Assembly: GCA_964561105.1 (NCBI GenBank) | Contig: CAZLOH010000023.1 | Coordinates: 14,025-78,024, forward strand | Source of the DNA: an uncultured Bifidobacterium sp. | GTDB taxonomy: Bacteria; Verrucomicrobiota; Verrucomicrobiia; Limisphaerales; JADLHS01 | DNA length: 64,000 nucleotides | Direction: 5' to 3' | Part shown: positions 27,134-37,264 of the stretch, piece after piece | How the letters are laid out: the number at the start of each line of letters is the position of its first letter | Numbering within the stretch: position 1 is the stretch's first letter | Notes under the pieces: generated by a model | Seen by the model: the letters and a program-made list of their open reading frames with translations, nothing else | Told to the model about the DNA's origin: nothing | The model's database searches: none | Position numbers and translations under genes: made by a program

Positions 27134-29362
27134 TCACGGTTGCCAGACGGCACGCCAATACTTTCCGATCGCGACCGTCGTCACCGGGTTGGTCACCATG
27201 AGCGTGCCACCGGTGAGCGTGTTGGTGAGTTGTGACGTCCAATCCAACAGATTCGTGGAGGATTGGATCACGTAGCGCACTTCCGATTGCCCCTCCAGTT
27301 GAAACACAAGCTCTCCGGCCGACGCGGAGCGAATCGGAGTAAGGTGCGGTGGCGCGGGTGCAAGCATGAGGAGCGTCATCGAAAGCTTGGGGAAGCTGGC
27401 CGAAAAGCTTGCGCCTGCCACGTTCACCGTGTTGGTCGTGATGTCCTGCGCGGCAGCAGGTCCGTTGGTGCGTGCCGCCTCGTCGTTGGGAATTCCGTAG
27501 AAGCGAACTGCCGCCGTCGAGGAGGGGACAAATCCAGTAAGATTGATTTGCGCGTTCAGATTCGTGACCAGGGATTTGTTCAACACCAACAGAGCCAGCG
27601 AGCCGTTCGCCCGCCGCGCCGCGTAAGCAGACAGCCAGGTATAATCGCTGGTGGCATTGAGGATTTTCTCCCCGGGACGCGCGAACCATTGCATGAGTTT
27701 CGCAGCGTAAAAGGTCGGGTGACGCGTGCTGACGCCGTTGACCATGCCGAGATCGCCATAACTGCGCCAACCGTAAATGGCCGGGTCGAAGAATCCACCC
27801 GTGTCCGTGCCGTTGCGAAAATCCCACCAGATGAATCCCTTGAACTCGGTCTGAAGCAACCGGCCCAGACTGTCGGCGTAATAAAGTCCGTTGACGAGGC
27901 TCGTGGACTGACGGCCCTGGGCGCCAGAATCGGCGTTGTTTTCCGTGACCACCAGTTCGATGCCCGCGCCGCTCGCGCCGAAGTAATCCGAAATCTGTTG
28001 CCGCAAACTGGCGGCATCCCCGGCCCAGTTGTCGGCGGCTTGGAGCAACGTCAGATCGTTGCCCGAGGAGCCGGCCGGGTTGGCGGAATCGGTGTACTCG
28101 GGATAGACATGGTGGATGAGGAAATCCGGTGTCACGCCGAGGTTCTTGAGCGTCGTCAACAGGATCGGCGTCCAGCCGGCGTGCGTCTGCCCGGTGCGCG
28201 GGTTCAGGGCGGGGTGCAGATCATTGAATGAGTTGTGGAAACTGTCTTCACCAGGCACGGCGACGACGCCAATTTTGATGGTTGGATCGGCGGCCTTCAT
28301 TTGCACGAGGTAATCCGCCGCGCGCACGGCGTAAGTGTAGGGATCGTGATCGAACGCGTTGGTGTCGGTTTCCCACAGGCCGTAACACTCGTTGCCAATC
28401 TCCCAATACTTGTAGCCGAGATGATTGGTGAGGTTCGCATGGCGCACCCAGGCCGCCGCTTCGGCCGCGGTGCCGCTGCCGTAATTGACCACGATGGAAG
28501 CCTGCACCCCTGCGTTGGTCGCCACGCGCACCATGTCCGCGAAGGAAGCCTGCCACTGCCAGGTGTTATCGAGCGTGGTGTTGGCGGCCCAATGATATTG
28601 GTCCGACAGCGAGCCGCCCGGCATCCGCACCGTGCGCAGGCCCATTTCCGTGAGCAGCGAACTGGAGGTGGTGTGGTTCGGCGGATCGAGATTGGCGTCC
28701 CACATCGCCAGGTTGACACCGAAGTGCCGCTCATCCGCGACGCCCAGAACTTGTGTGGTTTGGACCGTGACGTTCACCACGGCGGGCGCCGGTTTGGCGG
28801 TGAATTGAATGTCGTCCAGAAAGAACGTCCCGGTCGTGCCGTCGCTGCGCAACTGGATGCTGAACCGGTTGAGGTTGGGCCGGCTCGCAACGCCCAGCAC
28901 ATTCAACGGAATGACAAAATGTTGCCAGGTGTTCGCCGGCAGGCTGCCGGGCAAAGTGTAGGTCGTGCCCACCCCGCCGTTGTATTCGGCATACACCTGC
29001 AACCGCTGCCCACCCGCGCTGCCGCCGTGCGCCCAAAAGTCGAGCGCCGCATACGTGGCGGCATCAAAGTCAGCGTGGTGAAAGGAAGCGGCGTCCCAGG
29101 CGGCCGCCGTGACGCTCATCGAGCGGCTGCCCGAGTGCGTGGGCGAAGGATTGTTCAAATCCCGCGTGGCCCAGCTCCAATCTTGAAATCCGCTCTCCAA
29201 TTTGTCCGCGTAAACCACCAGCGGCGATTGCGCCGACGTCACTGTCAGGGCCGCCGCGAGCAGGCCAAACCCAAGCATGATTCGCGAGGAATGATTCGAG
29301 AGCGTCATGGTCAAAGCATCAGGCGATTCTGCGGAGAGTGCAATGAGCCAAAGCGATTTCAT
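27134..29362 (-). CDS. secreted glycoside hydrolase, clan GH-A-like (family not resolved)
   Basis: Signal peptide, then VRMPGGSLSDQYHW and WEIGNECYG (GNE catalytic acid/base motif of (beta/alpha)8 GH-A enzymes), then a C-terminal beta-rich region. Confidence 0.45.
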   Translation of the reverse strand: MKSLWLIALSAESPDALTMTLSNHSSRIMLGFGLLAAALTVTSAQSPLVVYADKLESGFQDWSWATRDLNNPSPTHSGSRSMSVTAAAWDAASFHHADFDAATYAALDFWAHGGSAGGQRLQVYAEYNGGVGTTYTLPGSLPANTWQHFVIPLNVLGVASRPNLNRFSIQLRSDGTTGTFFLDDIQFTAKPAPAVVNVTVQTTQVLGVADERHFGVNLAMWDANLDPPNHTTSSSLLTEMGLRTVRMPGGSLSDQYHWAANTTLDNTWQWQASFADMVRVATNAGVQASIVVNYGSGTAAEAAAWVRHANLTNHLGYKYWEIGNECYGLWETDTNAFDHDPYTYAVRAADYLVQMKAADPTIKIGVVAVPGEDSFHNSFNDLHPALNPRTGQTHAGWTPILLTTLKNLGVTPDFLIHHVYPEYTDSANPAGSSGNDLTLLQAADNWAGDAASLRQQISDYFGASGAGIELVVTENNADSGAQGRQSTSLVNGLYYADSLGRLLQTEFKGFIWWDFRNGTDTGGFFDPAIYGWRSYGDLGMVNGVSTRHPTFYAAKLMQWFARPGEKILNATSDYTWLSAYAARRANGSLALLVLNKSLVTNLNAQINLTGFVPSSTAAVRFYGIPNDEAARTNGPAAAQDITTNTVNVAGASFSASFPKLSMTLLMLAPAPPHLTPIRSASAGELVFQLEGQSEVRYVIQSSTNLLDWTSQLTNTLTGGTLMVTNPVTTVAIGKYWRAVWQP

Positions 29363-29369
29363 GGACACT

Positions 29370-30047
29370 TCAGCCGCGCGGCCCATTGGGCAACCTTTCA
29401 CCGGCCAGCGGAATGTAGGCAAATTTCGCGATAGCCTGGGCGCGGGAGCACACATGCAGTTTTTCGTAGATGCGACGGATGTAAGTGTTCACCGTCGGCA
29501 GACTGATGCCCAGTTGGTCCGCGATTTCCTTGTAGAGATAACCCTGCGCGAGCAATTGCAACACCTCGCTTTCCCGGGTGGACAAATCCACAGCCGGCGG
29601 CTCGGGAGCGGAAAGCTGATGAAACGCCTTGACCACTTTGCGCGCGATGTTGGCCGTCATCGGCGAACCGCCCGCCTTGATCTCGCGCAAGGCGTTGATC
29701 AAGGTGGCGCGCGGCGTTTGCTTGAGCAGATAACCCGCCGCGCCGGCCTGGAGCGCTTGAAAGATGTGGTCCGAATCCTCGTACACCGTGAGCATCATGA
29801 ACTGCGTTTCCGGCAGGAGCGGTTTGAGCCGGCGGACACATTCGGGGCCGTTGATGCCGGGCAGGTTGATGTCCATGAGCACAATTTCCGGCCGGTGCGC
29901 GGGCATGCCGGCGAGCGCGTCCTCACCCGACCCATGATAGCTCACGCAACGAAAGCCCTCGGCGCGATTGATCCAATCCACCAGGATTTCGCGCGCTTTG
30001 GGGTCGTCCTCGACGATGGCGACTTTGATTGGCACGGGCCTACTCAT
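29370..30047 (-). CDS. two-component response regulator, NarL/LuxR family
   Basis: REC domain (VAIVEDDPKARE...LMDINLPGINGPE) plus LuxR helix-turn-helix (SEVLQLLAQGYLYKEIADQLGISLPTVNTYIRRIYEKL). Confidence 0.85.
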   Translation of the reverse strand: MSRPVPIKVAIVEDDPKAREILVDWINRAEGFRCVSYHGSGEDALAGMPAHRPEIVLMDINLPGINGPECVRRLKPLLPETQFMMLTVYEDSDHIFQALQAGAAGYLLKQTPRATLINALREIKAGGSPMTANIARKVVKAFHQLSAPEPPAVDLSTRESEVLQLLAQGYLYKEIADQLGISLPTVNTYIRRIYEKLHVCSRAQAIAKFAYIPLAGERLPNGPRG

Positions 30048-30220
30048 AACACACGCCCCGCCAGTCTGGTTGTAATGACTTCTGACTACAAGGCGCATGC
30101 GGGTACAGGTGCATGAGCATCGCATCCGGCCTATCGTACTCAATGGACTGAAAGTTTTGGTCCTGTTAGAATTTGCGGACCACGACACTTTGCCATAGCA
30201 ACAATCAACCTGATTCAGCC

Positions 30221-31795
30221 ATGAAAACGCCGAACAAGAATCTTCAACGTCCAAACGAATTGTCTGCTCCCGGACTGAGTCGCCGCGACCTGCTCAAGGG
30301 CGTGGCGGGGCTGACCGCAGCCGCCGCATTGTCTGGCTGCGCCCGGCTCGCGCCAATTACGGGCGACCGAAGTGAACTGATCCGCCGCGAAAATGAGCGG
30401 CCCGGCACGCGGGATTGGATGTTGGAAAACACCCGCATTGATCCGGCGACCCGGTATCGTTGTCCGTGGATAGAAGGCTACTGCTCCCGCACCAGTGTGC
30501 GCGCGGGCGAACGTCTCAGCTTTCACGTCAGCACCAATCCGACCTCGGCTTTCACGTTGGATGTTTATCGCATGGGCTATTACGGCGGTGCGGGAGGTCG
30601 GCACGTGCTGCGGCTGGGGCCGTTGCCCGGGCAGGTTCAACCGGATCCGCCAATCGGTCCGAATCGGTTGCGGGATTGCGATTGGTCCGCGAGCGCAACC
30701 ATCACCATTCCGCATGACTGGGTGAGCGGCGTTTACGTTGGCAAGCTCACGGCTGAACGCGAGCGGCTGCAAAGCTACGTGATCTTCATCGTCCGCGACG
30801 ACCGGCGCGCGCATTTTATTTTCCAATGTTCCGATACGACCTGGCAGGCTTACAATCGCTGGCCCAGCCAATTCGCGCTTTACGACGACGGCAAGGACGA
30901 ATGGTACTGGGGCGGAGGCGTGGACATCAGCTTCAACCGGCCCTATGGCAAATACTGCCAGATCCTAGACGCGCCGCTCTCGACGGGTTCGGGCGAATGG
31001 TTTCTGTGGGAGTTTCCCACCGCCTATTGGATGGAAGCGCAGGGTTATGACGTCACCTACATTTCCAACCTCGACACGCACACGGATCCCCGGGGACTGC
31101 GGCGCGCCAAGGGATTCTTGTCCGTCGGGCACGATGAATACTATTCCCTCGAAATGTTCAATCACCTCCAAACCGCCATCCATGCCGGCTTGAACGTGGC
31201 GTTCTTCTCCGGCGACACCTGCTTTGGCCGGATCAATCCGCGACCGGACCCGCGCGGGAGCGTGAACCGAATTTTCGGTCGCACTGCGGTTTTTGGCCCA
31301 CCCGGCGGCACGCGGGATTTTGTGGCGATCAATTCGCTCCCGCACGAGCGCCCGTACGCCAACGAACTGGTCGGCGCCCAGAGCACCGGGGCCGTGACCG
31401 GCGGGGCGGACTGGGTCTGCTCACGCCCGGACCATTGGATTTTTGAAGGCACGGGCATGAAGCAAGGAGAGAAGATTCCCGGATTGGTGGGCTGGGAGTG
31501 GCACGGCAACCCGGCAAACATTCCGGGTCTGGAAGTCGTTGCCACGGCGCCGACGCAAACCAAGCCGGGCGAATTAAACGGCGGGGTCTATACCGCCACG
31601 GTTTATCCCGGTCCGAGAGGGAACTTCGTGTTCAACGCGGCCACCTGCTGGTGGGCGGATGGTTTGGCGGCGCCACCTGGTTACGTGCGCCCCTCCGTTT
31701 ACACCACTCCGCAAGGTCCCGATCCTCGCGCGCAACGCATCACCGCCAACGTGCTGAATCGGATTGCCGGAATGACGGGTTCGCGATCGGCATGA
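30221..31795 (+). CDS. Tat-exported lipoprotein, function unknown
   Basis: RRDLLKGVAGLTAAAALSGCA combines a Tat motif with an L-S-G-C lipobox; no catalytic motif recognised. Confidence 0.5.
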   Translation: MKTPNKNLQRPNELSAPGLSRRDLLKGVAGLTAAAALSGCARLAPITGDRSELIRRENERPGTRDWMLENTRIDPATRYRCPWIEGYCSRTSVRAGERLSFHVSTNPTSAFTLDVYRMGYYGGAGGRHVLRLGPLPGQVQPDPPIGPNRLRDCDWSASATITIPHDWVSGVYVGKLTAERERLQSYVIFIVRDDRRAHFIFQCSDTTWQAYNRWPSQFALYDDGKDEWYWGGGVDISFNRPYGKYCQILDAPLSTGSGEWFLWEFPTAYWMEAQGYDVTYISNLDTHTDPRGLRRAKGFLSVGHDEYYSLEMFNHLQTAIHAGLNVAFFSGDTCFGRINPRPDPRGSVNRIFGRTAVFGPPGGTRDFVAINSLPHERPYANELVGAQSTGAVTGGADWVCSRPDHWIFEGTGMKQGEKIPGLVGWEWHGNPANIPGLEVVATAPTQTKPGELNGGVYTATVYPGPRGNFVFNAATCWWADGLAAPPGYVRPSVYTTPQGPDPRAQRITANVLNRIAGMTGSRSA

Positions 31796-31893
31796 TCAAG
31801 TCAAACCCGCCAGCGCGACAGCCGGGTGCCACTCAAGCGGGATAATTTGCGTTTGAGTCAGGCGCGACGCCTATCCTACGGGAAGTTGTTCGG

Positions 31894-32751
31894 TCAATTT
31901 ATCCGGACGCTCGTGCGCTCGAGCAACCACTGATAGTCCGTCGGCGGCACTGCCGCGAATCCTCCACCCGCTCCGCCTTTGATGGCCGGGCGAACCGTGT
32001 CCGGCACCACCCAGCGATGCGTCTCGATGTGTCCGTCGGCAAACGACAGGTTCGCGGCTCCGTTGTGATGGGAGGCAGGCAGATTGCCCCACTTGTCCTC
32101 ATTCAACCGGTTCATGAAAAATCCATCGTTCAACGTGTCGGGATGTTCATCCAGAAAAACGAACGTGCCCGAGGGCAGGCGGATTTCCGTTTGCTTGAAA
32201 TACTGCGCGTAATCCGGGTTGAACTTGTTGATCAACACACCCGGATCGCCCACGAGGGAATTCATGGAGTAACTGCGCGTCCGCGGACCGTTCTCCGCCT
32301 GCGCGCGGTCGGACGGGCATTTGAACACCGCCGTCTGAAGGGACAGCATCGGCGTGAGTTTGCCGCTGAGGAGATAGGCGACGTTGGTGTTCTCCTCGGC
32401 CATCCCCCAATCCATGACATTGTTCACCCAGTTCTGACGTTCAGCCCGCGTCTGGTCAATACCATGGTTGTTGACCAGCCAATCGCTGCTGTCATTGGCA
32501 TAAAGACTCCAGGCGAGGGTGAGTTGGCGAATGTTGTTAATGCAACCAATCGCCTGCGCCTTGGTCTTGGCCTTGCTCAGCGCGGGCAACAACAGCGCCG
32601 CGAGCATGGCAATGATCGCAATCACGACCAGCAATTCGATCAGCGTAAACCCGCTGTGCCGCCACGGACGGATCTTCACTCCGGGCATGGTTGCCGATGG
32701 CCTTGGCTCGATCCAGAACCGTCGGAGGTTGAATCGCGCGCAGGTTTTCAA
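31894..32751 (-). CDS. prepilin-type N-terminal cleavage/methylation + DUF1559 protein
   Basis: [23 protein letters not shown] (pilin-like N-terminus) and the C-terminal H-X9-DG motif ([15 protein letters not shown]). Confidence 0.8.
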   Translation of the reverse strand: MKTCARFNLRRFWIEPRPSATMPGVKIRPWRHSGFTLIELLVVIAIIAMLAALLLPALSKAKTKAQAIGCINNIRQLTLAWSLYANDSSDWLVNNHGIDQTRAERQNWVNNVMDWGMAEENTNVAYLLSGKLTPMLSLQTAVFKCPSDRAQAENGPRTRSYSMNSLVGDPGVLINKFNPDYAQYFKQTEIRLPSGTFVFLDEHPDTLNDGFFMNRLNEDKWGNLPASHHNGAANLSFADGHIETHRWVVPDTVRPAIKGGAGGGFAAVPPTDYQWLLERTSVRIN

Positions 32752-33758
32752 GGGTTGGCTGCCACTTCGGCGCGCGCCCGGTCGAGCACTTCCTTGAGCG
32801 TCACTTCCACGCCGCCGCGTCGTTTACTTTCATCGGCCGCCGCCATGAAGGCGTACAACTCCAGCGTCTCCTCCGGGTTTACCGGCACGATGCGATCGCG
32901 AAACATTTTCACGATCACGACCAGTAGCGGATCGTAGCCATCGTAACTCCCAACGGCGGACTCACCTTTGGTGCCCACGGCTTTGCCGCCGTAACCTTTG
33001 CGATCCGTGTTGTTGGCTTCACGGAAAATTCCCGTCCGGCCATCCTTCCATGTGCCCGTGACCTCGATCTTGCCATCGCCCGTCAGACCGCGCTTGACTG
33101 AGACGCAGCCCGTCCCCATCACGGTGAACAGGGATTCGCAGCCATGCACGCCGTACCAGTACAGGTCCACATGGTGCGGCTCCAATTCCGCGGGGCTGAA
33201 GGTCTCGGCATGGAGCACCTTGCCAATCGCCCCGTTGCGAACGGCCTGGGTATTCTTCCCGTAGCGCAGCGAGGACGCGCAGAACAGCGGCACGTTGGCT
33301 TTCTTGGCCGCCGCGAGGATGCGCACCGTGTCCGCCAGGTCGCCGGCAATGGGCTTGTCCACGAACACCGGCTTGCCCGCCGCCAGCACGGGACGCACCT
33401 GTTCCAGATGCACCCGCCCGTCGTTGGATTCGAGCAAGACCACATCCACCCGCCGCAACAGTTCCTCGATCGAAGGCACGATCTCCACGCCCAGTTCCTT
33501 CACCTTCGCGGTGTATTCCGGCACGCGCTCGGTGCTACTGACAATATCCTTGCTGCCCTGCGGATAGGCGGCCACCACCCTCACCCCCGCGACCAGGGGC
33601 TTGTCCGCCGGATCCTTGGGCCCTTGGTTCAAAGTCTGCGCAAACGCCACGGCGTGGGATGTGTCGAGACCGATGATGCCGGCGCGCAGTGTTTTCGGTT
33701 CTTGCGCGGGCAGAGTGAGCGCGAGGATCAATAGCGGGAGAACAAAGAAAGGTTTCAT
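32748..33758 (-). CDS. Gfo/Idh/MocA family oxidoreductase with signal peptide
   Basis: [16 protein letters not shown]... Rossmann N-terminus and a C-terminal alpha/beta domain typical of the family; N-terminal [18 protein letters not shown] signal. Confidence 0.7.
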   Translation of the reverse strand: MKPFFVLPLLILALTLPAQEPKTLRAGIIGLDTSHAVAFAQTLNQGPKDPADKPLVAGVRVVAAYPQGSKDIVSSTERVPEYTAKVKELGVEIVPSIEELLRRVDVVLLESNDGRVHLEQVRPVLAAGKPVFVDKPIAGDLADTVRILAAAKKANVPLFCASSLRYGKNTQAVRNGAIGKVLHAETFSPAELEPHHVDLYWYGVHGCESLFTVMGTGCVSVKRGLTGDGKIEVTGTWKDGRTGIFREANNTDRKGYGGKAVGTKGESAVGSYDGYDPLLVVIVKMFRDRIVPVNPEETLELYAFMAAADESKRRGGVEVTLKEVLDRARAEVAANP

Positions 33759-33871
33759 CAAGTGAGAATAGGTAACGGCGTGCGATTCAATTCTGTCGGT
33801 TATCGTTGACTCGAATTGAAATTGCCGAAGTTCCGCGACCACCGCAAGCGAGGAAACGGCGGGATCAACCT

Positions 33872-34032
33872 GGGTGCGATTGGAAGTGGCGGTCAGGAGC
33901 GCGGCGTTTACGCCGCTTCAACGGCGGAAACACGGGGGCGATTGGCTGTTTCAGACGCACTTCCCGGACGCACCGTGAAGCAGGCTGAAGCCCGCGCCCC
34001 CTTGAGGTTGACGGCCACTTCCAATCGCACCC
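33872..34032. repeat. 24-bp near-perfect inverted repeat flanking 113 bp (MITE-like or structured-RNA candidate)
   Basis: GGGTGCGATTGGAAGTGGCGGTCA (33872-33895) versus TGACGGCCACTTCCAATCGCACCC (34009-34032), 23/24 complementary. The interior contains small hairpins (GCGGCGtttaCGCCGC). Confidence 0.55.
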
Positions 34033-34276
34033 AACGGCCAGGGAAAATGTTCGCCTCTGCGCACCAATCGCTCAAGCAGCCTGCTCAAAACCATCAACCC
34101 CCGGTAGCACGGCTCGCGCTGCGAGCCGTCGCGCCACGTCGAGCGGCGCGCAACGGGTGGAAACGTGCGCCCTCGGTCTTTCGCTTCCGCCCGCTGCACG
34201 CGGGCGGAGTCCTCGCAGCGCGAGAACTTCCACCTCAACGATGATGAGGCAAGACTACCGACGAGCCGGCATCGGT

Positions 34277-34326
34277 TGGTGGGGCGAGGCTCCCGACGAG
34301 CCGACTCGTGCGGACGCTCGCCCCAT
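34277..34326. repeat. palindromic repeat family 3 (TTGGTGGGGCGAGGCT..CTCGYGNGGACGCTCRCCCCA)
   Basis: Shares about 44 of 50 positions with the copy at 41651-41701 (opposite orientation); half-copies occur at 49578-49601 and 49782-49804. Confidence 0.6.
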
Positions 34327-34451
34327 CGCTTGGCCTGAAGGTAAGCGGCCGAATCGTCCACGGGGCCGAAGGCCCGCCAGATGGTAGCCTTGGGTTAATC
34401 GTCAAAGGAATTTGAGCGCGAAGGGGCGGCAACATCACGGGATGAAGCAAG

Positions 34452-35309
34452 TCAACCAAGCGCAAGTCCTCGCGTCCGCACGCGGATCAGCAGATCATTC
34501 AATGCAGCCCGCGTCGAGTTGCCGGGCAACTCGGGCAGTTCGCTCGCGTCATGCGCCGTCTGCAACTCACCGCGCAACCGCCGATACTCGGCTTCGTGGA
34601 AGGCGATGTCTGCGTCTTCGAGTTTGGATTTCTCTGGGCCGGCCAGTTTTCGCGCCACGAGTTCAGGAATGTAAGGCAATCGAAACTCCTCATTCAGCTT
34701 CACAAGGTTGGCTTCGATTTTGCCGGTGCGCATCAGGTGAATCCCCGTGAGCAATACGCGATAGACGTAGAGTAACGGCTTCACCCGTCGCGGGCGCTCT
34801 TTGTCGAACAGCTTCCACTGGGTTTCCGCGAATCCAAAGTAATGGTGCGAGTGATGTCGCGTGATGCAATCGCGCGCAATGGCCTTCAGTTCCGCGTGCT
34901 CCGGCGTGGTGTGGACAATGAGCGGCGAGAAAAGTTGTTCCAACACGTAACCGTTCTTCTTGAGCAGCAGGCCAAAGAACTTGCGCGCATCATGGCTCAC
35001 GATGTCCATCTCCAGCGCCTGTCCCTCACCCGCGGGAGCGGGAGAGGGTGGCGAAGCCGGGTGAGGGTCGTGGGGAGAAATCACCTCTCTGCGCGGAGGA
35101 TCAGGCGGCACAATCATTGACTGCTCGACCGTTTCGTCACGGACATCCAAACCGACGATCCGTTCGAGCGGCAACACATGTGCGCCACGCAGGTCAAAGT
35201 CGGAATCTGGCGACGGAAATCCGTAGAGGTGCGCGCCGCTGATCGTGGCAAACAACAGCGGATACGGCTGCGCCGCCACGATTCGTTGGAGGCGTGGATC
35301 AATGGTCAT
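34452..35309 (-). CDS. Pol-beta-superfamily nucleotidyltransferase (GS-x-YG...D-x-D active-site motif), paralogue 1
   Basis: ISGAHLYGFPSPDSDFDLRGAHV matches the hG[GS]...[DE]x[DE] minimal nucleotidyltransferase motif with a helical C-terminal domain. It resembles the 'predicted nucleotidyltransferase' family (PF10127-like) from memory. Confidence 0.55.
   Translation of the reverse strand: MTIDPRLQRIVAAQPYPLLFATISGAHLYGFPSPDSDFDLRGAHVLPLERIVGLDVRDETVEQSMIVPPDPPRREVISPHDPHPASPPSPAPAGEGQALEMDIVSHDARKFFGLLLKKNGYVLEQLFSPLIVHTTPEHAELKAIARDCITRHHSHHYFGFAETQWKLFDKERPRRVKPLLYVYRVLLTGIHLMRTGKIEANLVKLNEEFRLPYIPELVARKLAGPEKSKLEDADIAFHEAEYRRLRGELQTAHDASELPELPGNSTRAALNDLLIRVRTRGLALG
35021..35073. repeat. 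degenerate family 1 repeat copy in frame inside nucleotidyltransferase paralogue 1
   Basis: CCCTCACCCGCGGGAGCGGGAGAGGGTGGCGAAGCCGGGTGAGGG encodes ...HPASPPSPAPAGEGQ..., an insertion absent from the paralogue at 36157..37176. Confidence 0.45.
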
Positions 35310-35311
35310 CG

Positions 35312-36160
35312 TTACTGGCCCAAGGAAAACTGAATTTCCACGTGGACGTTGTTAAAATCAGGATCATCCAAGTTACCTTTGTGCCGACAAATCAGCCCAC
35401 TTGGTAGCGCATTCATTCGAATCTCCTGACCTTCCGGGATTCGGCCTCCATTTGCCTGAAGTTCGATGAATCGGTTGCACAGATCTATGACAGCCTCTTT
35501 GTAGCTGTCTGGTACATTGTGCAAGCTAAGATCAGGGCGACCGAATTTTCTCAAACCACGGGTGTGAAACCACGTGCCACTGCCAGATTCCTCCTTGGAG
35601 TACACGATTGAGATGTGTCGGTGCATCTTGGGTAATTCGGGATCAAAGAACTCGCTCCGCCACATTGGCCCATCAAAACACTTGAATTGCAACACATCAG
35701 CAACGGCAACTCCCCCATGGTCCATAAAAAACGTGACCATTCCTACACAGTCCCTCAGATAGTTGAGGTTCGCCGGATCGGCTACTTCGCCCTGAATCAC
35801 GAGGCACTCCGGCGACTGCTCGATTCGGGCAAACAGAGTTGGGTCTGATTTCCCAAGTTGTGTCGCAAACTCGCCGTCGGCGAAAGGCAGCGATTGATGT
35901 TTAGTCCGGCTGAATCGTCGCAACTCCACTCCTTGCGGAATTCCCGCAGTGCGATAGGTCGCACCCGAAATCGCTGTGTCGTTGGTGAAAATTCCGTAGA
36001 TGGCATAGCAAACCATGGCGTTGCTGCCGCCAGGCGCGAAGTGGCTACGTTCCCAAGTGTTAAGTGTCGCGTGCATAGATGAAGTCTTTGGCTTGCACCC
36101 GAAAAGAAGTGAAAGCCCAATTGCTGTGACGCAGTATATCGAGAGCCATCGCCTAATCAT
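35312..36160 (-). CDS. lipoprotein, function unknown (middle gene of the nucleotidyltransferase operon)
   Basis: MIRRWLSIYCVTAIGLSLLFGCKPK contains a signal peptide plus lipobox. Its start ATG overlaps the upstream stop (ATGA) and it lies 2 bp from the downstream start. Confidence 0.5.
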   Translation of the reverse strand: MIRRWLSIYCVTAIGLSLLFGCKPKTSSMHATLNTWERSHFAPGGSNAMVCYAIYGIFTNDTAISGATYRTAGIPQGVELRRFSRTKHQSLPFADGEFATQLGKSDPTLFARIEQSPECLVIQGEVADPANLNYLRDCVGMVTFFMDHGGVAVADVLQFKCFDGPMWRSEFFDPELPKMHRHISIVYSKEESGSGTWFHTRGLRKFGRPDLSLHNVPDSYKEAVIDLCNRFIELQANGGRIPEGQEIRMNALPSGLICRHKGNLDDPDFNNVHVEIQFSLGQ

Positions 36161-37176
36161 AAGCAACGACCACCCTTCGCCATCTCCCGCCGCGCTTTGA
36201 TGAGGAAGCGATTCGCCGCTTCGTAGTCGGGGCGTTCGGGTAGTTTGGTTTCGGCCAGGGCACGTTCGAAGTCGCGGTGGAGTTCCTTGCGCCAGGCGTC
36301 CACTTCGGTCCACGCCAGCTCTCCGCGCTTGACGGCCAGCAGTCGTTCACGGTGGGCCTCGATCCGCACGGGCACGCGCGCGTCACGCAGCGTGGCCGCG
36401 CCAGTGAGCAACAAGCGTAGCAAGTGCATCGCGTGTTTCCATTTGATCTGCCCCGCGTTGCGGATGTCTTGCTCGATCTTCTTGAATTGCGACATGGCGT
36501 AGCCGTTGAAGGTCTGAAATATCATCTGGGATAGAAACCGATCCCGAATGGCCAGCAGTTCCGTTGCAAGGGGAGTCTGCTTCTCAACGAGCGGCGAGTA
36601 GAGGCATTCGAGGATGTTGGGATTTGCCTTCAGTGCCATCGTCAGAAACTTCTGCAACTCCCAGTAGCAGCTCTGCGCGGCGTTGTCCTCGAATTGCTCG
36701 GGCATGCCGAAGAGCGACCATTGCAGGTCGGCGGGCGCGAGGTAAATGCCGCGCAAATCCGTGTCGGATTCATCTGTGTCCAGCCCATACGCGCGCGAGC
36801 CGACGATGCACCGGTAAATGATGAACTGCTCCAATTCAAAACCCGGCGACGCGTTCACACCGGGCAGGCGGTCTTTGAAGTGTTTAAGCACATCAAGCTG
36901 GTCGTGCGTGAGCGAGGCTTCGAATCCATCCGGAAAGCGAACGAGAAAGTGACTTTCCGCCTCGCTGGCGGGAGTGCGTGTCACCACACCCACCGCGCCG
37001 CGCGGATGCACGAGCGAGTTGTTCGTGCCGCGCACTTCAACAAGTGCGACAACCTGCGTGCCCGCAAAAACGTTGTTGGGCTGGTGTGACATCCGCGCAA
37101 ACGGTAGCCGGTCACCGGAAGCGAATCCAGCCGGGTGTGTCGCCCCTTCAGGGCTGGAACTTTCTTGATTCGTCAC
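36157..37176 (-). CDS. Pol-beta-superfamily nucleotidyltransferase, paralogue 2, with ~105-aa N-terminal extension
   Basis: CIVGSRAYGLDTDESDTDLRGIY shares the active-site motif and C-terminal helical region with 34452..35309. Confidence 0.55.
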   Translation of the reverse strand: MTNQESSSPEGATHPAGFASGDRLPFARMSHQPNNVFAGTQVVALVEVRGTNNSLVHPRGAVGVVTRTPASEAESHFLVRFPDGFEASLTHDQLDVLKHFKDRLPGVNASPGFELEQFIIYRCIVGSRAYGLDTDESDTDLRGIYLAPADLQWSLFGMPEQFEDNAAQSCYWELQKFLTMALKANPNILECLYSPLVEKQTPLATELLAIRDRFLSQMIFQTFNGYAMSQFKKIEQDIRNAGQIKWKHAMHLLRLLLTGAATLRDARVPVRIEAHRERLLAVKRGELAWTEVDAWRKELHRDFERALAETKLPERPDYEAANRFLIKARREMAKGGRCL

Positions 37177-37264
37177 CCAGGGCGTCGCTTCGCTTGCCTG
37201 GGCTATTCACCTCTCGGGCTTTCAGCCCTTGAAGATTGAGCCAACTGATGTTGGCTGTTGCGTG

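Noticed and set aside
30221-31795. Naming the Tat lipoprotein as an N,N-dimethylformamidase-beta-subunit-like protein
   Set aside because: This is only a vague recollection of how similar PVC proteins are labelled, and I could point to no motif. It is left as unknown function.
34060-34450. RNase P RNA or tmRNA in the long noncoding gap
   Set aside because: I looked for the tmRNA 3' tRNA-like end (GGTTCGATTCC...CCA) and RNase P conserved stretches (AGGAAAGTCCGGGC) and did not find them. It is left as an unassigned repeat-rich region.
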